Origin: Zygophlyctis sp. KS116
Taxonomy: Eukaryota; Fungi; Chytridiomycota
DNA: 23,755 nt
Reading direction: 5' to 3'
Assembly: GCA_054661495.1 (NCBI GenBank)
Contig: BAAFSQ010000153.1
Coordinates: 1 to 23,755 of the forward strand
In this document: piece by piece, positions 18,261 to 23,755 of the stretch
Position numbering within the stretch: the stretch's first letter is position 1
Layout of the letters: every line of letters begins with the position of its first letter
The notes under the pieces: generated by a model
The model's input: the letters and a program-made list of their open reading frames with translations, nothing else
Told to the model about the DNA's origin: nothing
Database searches by the model: none
Translations under genes and position numbers: made by a program

Positions 18261-21200
18261 TGATAACTCCAACTCCAAAATCAGAGAATTCACCTTTTCA
18301 CGACGGAAATTATGGGCCTTGATGCTTAATTCTGATAGTAGTCTCTTTTTTTCTTGTACAGACAAGGTACAAATCGAAATTGTTTGTTTGATTTCTTTGA
18401 GGATTTCTTCTCGTTTGAAATCTTAAGTTAAAATGTCAGATTTTACCTTTTCTATTTAAAAGTCTCATTAGTCTTGTTCGGATAGATGTGTATGGTAGAT
18501 CAAGTTTCTGCTTTTTATGTTTTGGTGGATTCATATATTGATTTTCTTCTTTTTCTTCTATTTTTCTTGTGTTTGAGTCGGTATCAATTTCCATCTGGTC
18601 TTGATCATCATGGTCAATCGTGAATTCTTCTCTTGTTACTGAACGGTCTAGTGATGAACCTCGTGGTGATAAAGTGCCGGTTTTTGGTTTGTGGAACATT
18701 GATGTTAGTTTTAATACTTTTTCATTTCTTTGTTTCCAATAATGCAAATCAGTGTTTTTAATTTGATCAAATGTCATGGATGGTGATGGTACTAGTAAAA
18801 CTCTGCCCATGGTTGGAATTTGAGGATTGTTGGCAAGATATTGATTTAAATATTTCCTAAGTAGTCTGATTTTAGTTCGTCCATTCAAAGGTGTTTTTAG
18901 GTCTTGGAATGAATCAGGCATAATACTATCTTCATCGGACTCGGTATCGATTGATGCAAAGTTTGATTTGTATATTGTGTATGTTTGTCCGGTATATTTA
19001 GGCCAAACGTGCGGTTTTCCTCCAAAAGGATTCCCGCATCCTTTATTTCTAAACCGATCCATGTTAACTTCATCGGTTTCCAATGGGTCTCGAAAAAAAA
19101 GTGTTTTCCACTTCTCATTGGCTTGTGACATGGTATGACTCGGAACGGAATGTTTTTTTGCTATATAATTATAAAATATAATGTTTACTTTCTTCAATGA
19201 GTGCAATAGAATTATCAGTATGCTTTTTCTTTGGGAAAATTGATAAACTTATTTCCTCCAGCAAAATATCAATGTCTTCCATCGATATATTCCTATTAGC
19301 TGAAACTAAAGATTTTGGTCCATGACGGTCCCAGTGGGAGCTTGCAGAAAGCTTTTCGTATATCGAGTTGTTTATCTTGGTAAAACTTTCATCTGCCTAA
19401 ATTTAGCATATAAATTCTACAATATTACCAATTTTTGAATATTATCTGCCCGTTGTTTAATTTTTCCCAAGGATGGAGAAGTCACACAAATTGTCGGAGG
19501 CCATAATGATTCCAAGCACAATTCTTTCAGCGACTCATATATGCTCTTCACAAGTTAACTTTCAGACTGAATTACCGGATAGTAATACGATTGCAGTCCA
19601 GAAAGAAAAACGGACATTTCTTGATGACAAATGTGCGAATGTTGAGCAATATTCTTTCTTGCGATAGCTATGATATTATTATAGTGGTTCATTACATATT
19701 ATATGTTCAGTCTGTTCTAGATATTCTTGTCGCTAGAACTTTAGCTTTTCAGAACTTACTATCTGCACATCCTTTCGTAAATGATCATCCGCAGAAACAC
19801 GCTTGATATCCTTGGGGAAAAGATATTCCAATTTATTATCCCTGAGTGAATTGTATAAAAACTGCTTATTATCAAGAATTATTTACAAATTCAATATTCT
19901 CCCTTTCTATACTCTGAGCATTATCATGATTAATGCCATCCAAGAAATATACAATTTTATCTTTAACAGAGGCATAAACCTTTTCTCTCAACTTTTCTAT
20001 CAAATTATACTAGTTAAAGTACTTGAAATTTGATTTATCTTGTAAAATCTTGCAAATAGCAAATGAAACAACACCTGTGCTTTTCCATTAAAACTTCTGG
20101 ATGCTTGAAGATACCCAATATTGGTATATTTGTGCTTTTCAGATCCAGAGAATTGAATTGAAACCTTGTAATTAAGCAAAAATAATAATATTACTGCAAT
20201 CCTTTTTTTCAATCTAATAACATCTTGATATACAATAGAATTTGGATCAACTTCAAAAACGGAAATTTCCATTCCTGAAGGAATTTCATCTAGCAGTAAT
20301 TCATTTTGTTGATTTTTATCATTCTTGTGATAAATTAATGTGGGATAAGGATCTCTTAATGGCTACTATATTAAAAATGTAAAATTACCAAATCTAAAGA
20401 TTCACTACCTTCATCCAAAACAAAAGCCTCTGGAAAAGGAAACCTCTTATTCACTTCTCCAGCAATTAAAATACAAATTGCAGACTCTGATTTATCCGCT
20501 TCCCGCATTTTTATTCCAAAAACATACGGCCAAGTATATAACCTTATTTTGGGAAGTATTTGATATTGTGGTTTCTTTAATATAATCGCATTATCCAACA
20601 TTTGAAGGAGATGAAATGAACTAAACACCTGATGACAGAAACCTCTTGTTACAAATTAAATATACCTAGCGTTTTACTAGCCAAATTGTGAAAAATAGAA
20701 TTCTTATCCTTTTCATTTGAGAATAAAAAAGTGCAAATCCGTTGATCCCATCGATAAGGTTCTGTATAAATTTCATGTCCAATATTTAAAAGACTTGATA
20801 TTTTACTATTTTGATTTACCGCATCACCCAATCCATCTGTAAACCAGAATATAACTGTTGGATGACATTCTGTTGGATAAATCCCCTAAAATTTACAATC
20901 TAGTAAATTACCTCTCCAATCCGATCATAGCCCCTTGATAACCGATACATTGCCAAATACGATAAAACATTTTGTATTGCAGATTGATGATCGTTTTCAT
21001 CAGTTGGAGCCAACATTTTTAATTCTCTTTGAACCAAAATAGTGTCTGAAGTTAACGGAACGGGAAATGGATTTTTCTTATTGTAAGTGGCGAGCAAAAA
21101 GAAATCATCCTTTCTCTCTTTTGTACACTAGAATTAATAAAATTATATTTACTCTAAAATAATGCTCTACTCCTGCCTTTGCTGCTTCTAAAATTGTTAA

Positions 21201-21332
21201 TTTATTAAAGATTCTAGCAGTGCCAATGAAATTCCCACTTGCAGTGAATGAATTATGAACAGCCTCATCGGGTGCATCCGGACAAATAGATCCCATTGAA
21301 GGAGAAGTGTCAATTAGGAAAACAATAATCAT
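18249..21332 (-). CDS. INTS6: Integrator complex subunit 6 homolog (vWA domain plus INTS6 C-terminal domain), spliced
   Basis: Motifs MIIVFLIDTSPSM, LEAAKAGVEHYF, YDRIGEG, VIFWFTDG, TEPYRWDQR, FPFPEAF, GYLQAS, HSVP, and a C-terminal ...AHNFRREKV. 13 introns: 21128-21152, 20886-20911, 20643-20665, 20363-20388, 20165-20194 (putative, in frame), 19997-20022, 19862-19886, 19733-19759, 19668-19695, 19546-19575, 19397-19428, 19161-19188, 18422-18446. TAA at 18249-18251. Confidence 0.82.
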
Positions 21333-21339
21333 CTATTAT

Positions 21340-22089
21340 TTACTGTTTAGGACTATGCTGTTTCAACCAAGACGCTAATAGTCCAGGCGTATCTGTACAT
21401 ATAGCATCAACTCCAAATTCATTTACTCGATCAAATTCAGAATATGATACTAAAGAATCTCCAAAAACTAATACTTTTACTCCTTTATCTTGCATTGCTT
21501 TAATGTATCCCTGATGAAGAAATTTCTCATGCAGTATCATTGCACATTCATTAATCTGTATCCATCGCAACAATCCAATTTGATACAATAATCTACTTAT
21601 TATCATTCTATAAATAGGCATAAATCTAGGTATAGAATCCCCAAAATGTTTATAAATCCAATAACAAGTCGGATACCGAAAACTTCCCCATAATGTAGTT
21701 GTAATCCGATTGTATTTATGTATTAGATCCCCGACTTTAAGTACTCCTAATTCACTAGAACTTTTAACATCTATTTGCATTGGATAATTTGGAAATTCTT
21801 CAAAGAGTTCCTTCAAGAGAGGAATCCTGCCATGCTCTTTATCCTTGACATTGGTTAGAAGAGGAGGAAGGTCCTTATATAGTACTTGATTTACAGGTTT
21901 ATCAATACCAGTCATCCTAGTTAATTTATAATCATGAAAAATAACAATTTCCCCATCCAACGTTTCTTGAACATCTAATTCTAGCAAATGATAACCTGAT
22001 TTAACTGAATTCCTGAATGCCGGAAGTGTATTTTCTATAAATTCTTTTGCTCCTCCTCTGTGGGACATTATAAAGCAAGAAAAGTTCAT
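21340..22089 (-). CDS. Glycerophosphodiester phosphodiesterase / lysophospholipase D (GDPD1/GDPD3-like), intronless
   Basis: Motifs SHRGG..E.IENTLPAF, LELDVQETLDGEIVIFHD, IPLLKELFEEFP, IDVK, WGSF, GVDAICTDTP. Confidence 0.92.
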   Translation of the reverse strand: MNFSCFIMSHRGGAKEFIENTLPAFRNSVKSGYHLLELDVQETLDGEIVIFHDYKLTRMTGIDKPVNQVLYKDLPPLLTNVKDKEHGRIPLLKELFEEFPNYPMQIDVKSSSELGVLKVGDLIHKYNRITTTLWGSFRYPTCYWIYKHFGDSIPRFMPIYRMIISRLLYQIGLLRWIQINECAMILHEKFLHQGYIKAMQDKGVKVLVFGDSLVSYSEFDRVNEFGVDAICTDTPGLLASWLKQHSPKQ

Positions 22090-22117
22090 TTTGAGCCTAT
22101 TGAACCTAGAAATTCTG

Positions 22118-22328
22118 ATGACAAACCAAGAAACTTCTCTTGAACTTTTACTGAAAGAGATGCAAGATAATGAGATTAACAGTGATAATATTTCACAATT
22201 GCTGCAACAAATGGTACATTTTTAGAGTTTATACCAAGGATCAAGCGTCAAAGTTGATTGAAGCATTGGATGAAAAGGCTTCCTGTTTAGTAGAAAAGAT
22301 TGATACTATGCTAAACGATCCTATATAA
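22118..22328 (+). CDS. Small 61-aa helical/coiled-coil protein (spliced; absent from the ORF track)
   Basis: Exons 22118-22213 and 22239-22328 joined by a 25-nt GT..AAG intron give MTNQETSLELLLKEMQDNEINSDNISQLLQQMDQASKLIEALDEKASCLVEKIDTMLNDPI, with a heptad pattern. Confidence 0.65.
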
Positions 22329-22940
22329 TACAATCTGATATGTTTACTTTTTGACAGTCTAGATTACATAATTGAGTCTTTATATATATTTTTACCTTGA
22401 CTAGATGAATACAATCGCTCTTTTACCAGCAAATTTACTATTGTACTTACTATTATGCACCGTTCATTAACTCGTACAAAGGTTTCCTAATTTAAAAGAG
22501 ATCAATCATGAGAGATTCAATCATAAAAAGAAATCAAAGACTCAAAGAGAATATTGTGCATCGCCAACTGATAAGCCCAAAAACTCAATTTGGAAATTTT
22601 ATTCATAGTTATTCTTTGAAAAATCAGCTCGACCTTTACGTGCGAATCAGTCCACCGATTTCGACATTTCTTCAAAACTATAAAAATGCAAATATCAAAC
22701 AACAAGCTTTCAAAGAGAGAAAGATGGATTCAAAAACTGATTGATAAATACGAGAGATCTGTGTCATCATATCCTACTGCCCGTGCAAAAGTTGGAGTAC
22801 TAAAACGCGTACAGTTGGTAGTCTAGATCAAACGTTGCTTTTGTCAATTTGTCATGTCACTTTTGTTACATTGATAATGTTCAAGTGCTCCTTATGCCAG
22901 GAGAAGTTTAAAATGAAAAATTCACCTTATCAACACCGAA

Positions 22941-23051
22941 TAAGGCTGGGCACCCATGACGGCCCGAACCATTACCCATGCGTACCCACACCATGGTTTG
23001 GGTTTATAGAAACCATATTCAGGCCTAGCCACCCACGGGTGCCCATCTTTA
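22941..23051. mobile_element. hAT-like miniature inverted-repeat element (111 bp)
   Basis: 18-nt imperfect TIRs: TAAGGCTGGGCACCCATG (22941-22958) vs reverse complement of 23034-23051, TAAAGATGGGCACCCGTG (15/18). GC-rich interior with repeated ACCCA/ACCAT motifs. Flanks AACACCGA(A) and CATATCGA are at best a degenerate TSD. Confidence 0.65.
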
Positions 23052-23099
23052 CATATCGATTCCGAACAAAAGATGTCTTCTCCAGCAGTTCTAGATGAT

Positions 23100-23290
23100 G
23101 AGGTACCAAGTGAAGTTTTTGAGGAATCCAAAAGTACTTGTTCCGTACTATCATTGCTGCACTGAATTACTCAAAAAATCTCTGAAAAAATTTAATGAAA
23201 ATGAAGATATATATTGGAATTATAGCTGCTATCGAGAAACTGGAGCATTATTATGTTTTAATTTCTCCAATTGCTGGAATAGATAGTCTT
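23100..23290 (+). pseudogene. Decayed hAT-superfamily transposase fragment
   Basis: One frame with internal stops reads SF*GIQKYLFRTIIAALNYSKNL*KNLM...IIAAIEKLEHYYVLISPIAGI, resembling the hAT 'KLxxYY...A.ILDP' region. Confidence 0.5.
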
Positions 23291-23362
23291 GGATGGTTAG
23301 ATGACTGGATAAGAGTTGCTTCCGACTAAAATAAATTCCGACTATCGACTGACGCGCCTTTA

Positions 23363-23755
23363 ATGTTGAAAGGATTCAACGAGTTAGACACCACCGTAGC
23401 TTTGGATGAACGGTATGTATCAATTCTCAAAACAGGCTTTTGTTCTTACATTCGGAAAGTGAAGTTTCATTGCCTTTAGAAGATTATGAAAGAATATGGC
23501 CCTACACTAGCGACATATGGACTACTACAGGAAAAGGATATAAATCCAAAAAGACCTCAATTGAAAAAACAAACTACAAATGCAGATGCAACAATAACAA
23601 GAAAAATCCAAAGCATGCTAACCAAGAAAACAGAGATAGCAACAAGAAGCAAAGGATGACAAAGGTAAAGTCTTAAAATATAGAGGAAGATTTCCAAAGT
23701 CTTCAGTCAACTTATGAGGCTTCAAAATTGCAATTTAAAGTGGTAAAGTTTACAG
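23363..23755 (+). CDS. Spliced gene or pseudogene running off the window; possibly a MULE/WRKY-GCM1-like N-terminal DNA-binding domain
   Basis: ATG 23363 and a 23-nt intron at 23413-23435 (GTATGT..CAG) join into ORF 23440-23676 (IWPYTSDIWT...NYKCRC...KKQRMTK). The next splice junction is ambiguous. Confidence 0.4.

Noticed and set aside
19473-20033. Plus-strand ORFs 19473-19667, 19591-19806 and 19803-20033 as a nested gene
   Set aside because: The minus strand is fully explained by consecutive in-frame INTS6 exons and tiny introns.
980-21332. Alternative genetic code, programmed frameshifting or mass pseudogenisation as the cause of broken ORFs
   Set aside because: Each break in the conserved genes is resolved by a GT-AG intron that restores the motif, and TAA, TAG and TGA all occur as terminal stops.
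22508-22744. 78-aa plus-strand ORF and the overlapping 62-aa minus-strand ORF as real genes
   Set aside because: No motifs, and they lie in the decayed transposon region.
317-23095. Frequent TCTAGA palindromes (about 20 seen by eye)
   Set aside because: Scattered through coding and non-coding DNA without spacing or positional pattern; most likely a compositional or codon effect.
1-23755. CRISPR array, rRNA, tRNA or prokaryotic operon
   Set aside because: No repeat-spacer array, cloverleaf or rRNA-like segment was seen, and the genes are eukaryotic with spliceosomal introns.

Overview
AT-rich, extremely compact eukaryotic genomic DNA. It is most consistent with an early-diverging, chytrid-like fungus; this is an inference from fungal-type housekeeping genes, a retained Integrator subunit INTS6, and DPS-type ankyrin and plant-like LRR proteins. 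The fragmented ORF track is explained by very short GT-AG spliceosomal introns. By hand-splicing I reconstructed 56 introns in 14 genes. 54 of them are 23-32 nt and half are 25-26 nt. Many end in AAG or have A-rich 3' ends, and several skip a nearer AG, which suggests acceptor choice by distance. Gene order: F-box/ankyrin protein, RNase H2A, Pcl-type cyclin, kinesin-8, GGPP synthase, an unknown protein with a duplicated domain, UTP5/WDR43, a secreted LRR protein with 72-nt repeat exons, thioredoxin reductase, a CDGSH 2Fe-2S protein with a 10-nt microexon, BET3, tricalbin, an SDR, an RbfA-like protein, INTS6 with an apparent internal exon duplication, GDPD, and a 61-aa spliced gene missing from the ORF track. 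The window ends in a decayed transposon region with a hAT-type MITE, a hAT transposase remnant and a possibly MULE-related gene. Many CDS-to-CDS gaps are only 4-28 nt and one convergent pair overlaps. All splice models were deduced from reading-frame and protein-motif continuity and have no RNA support.
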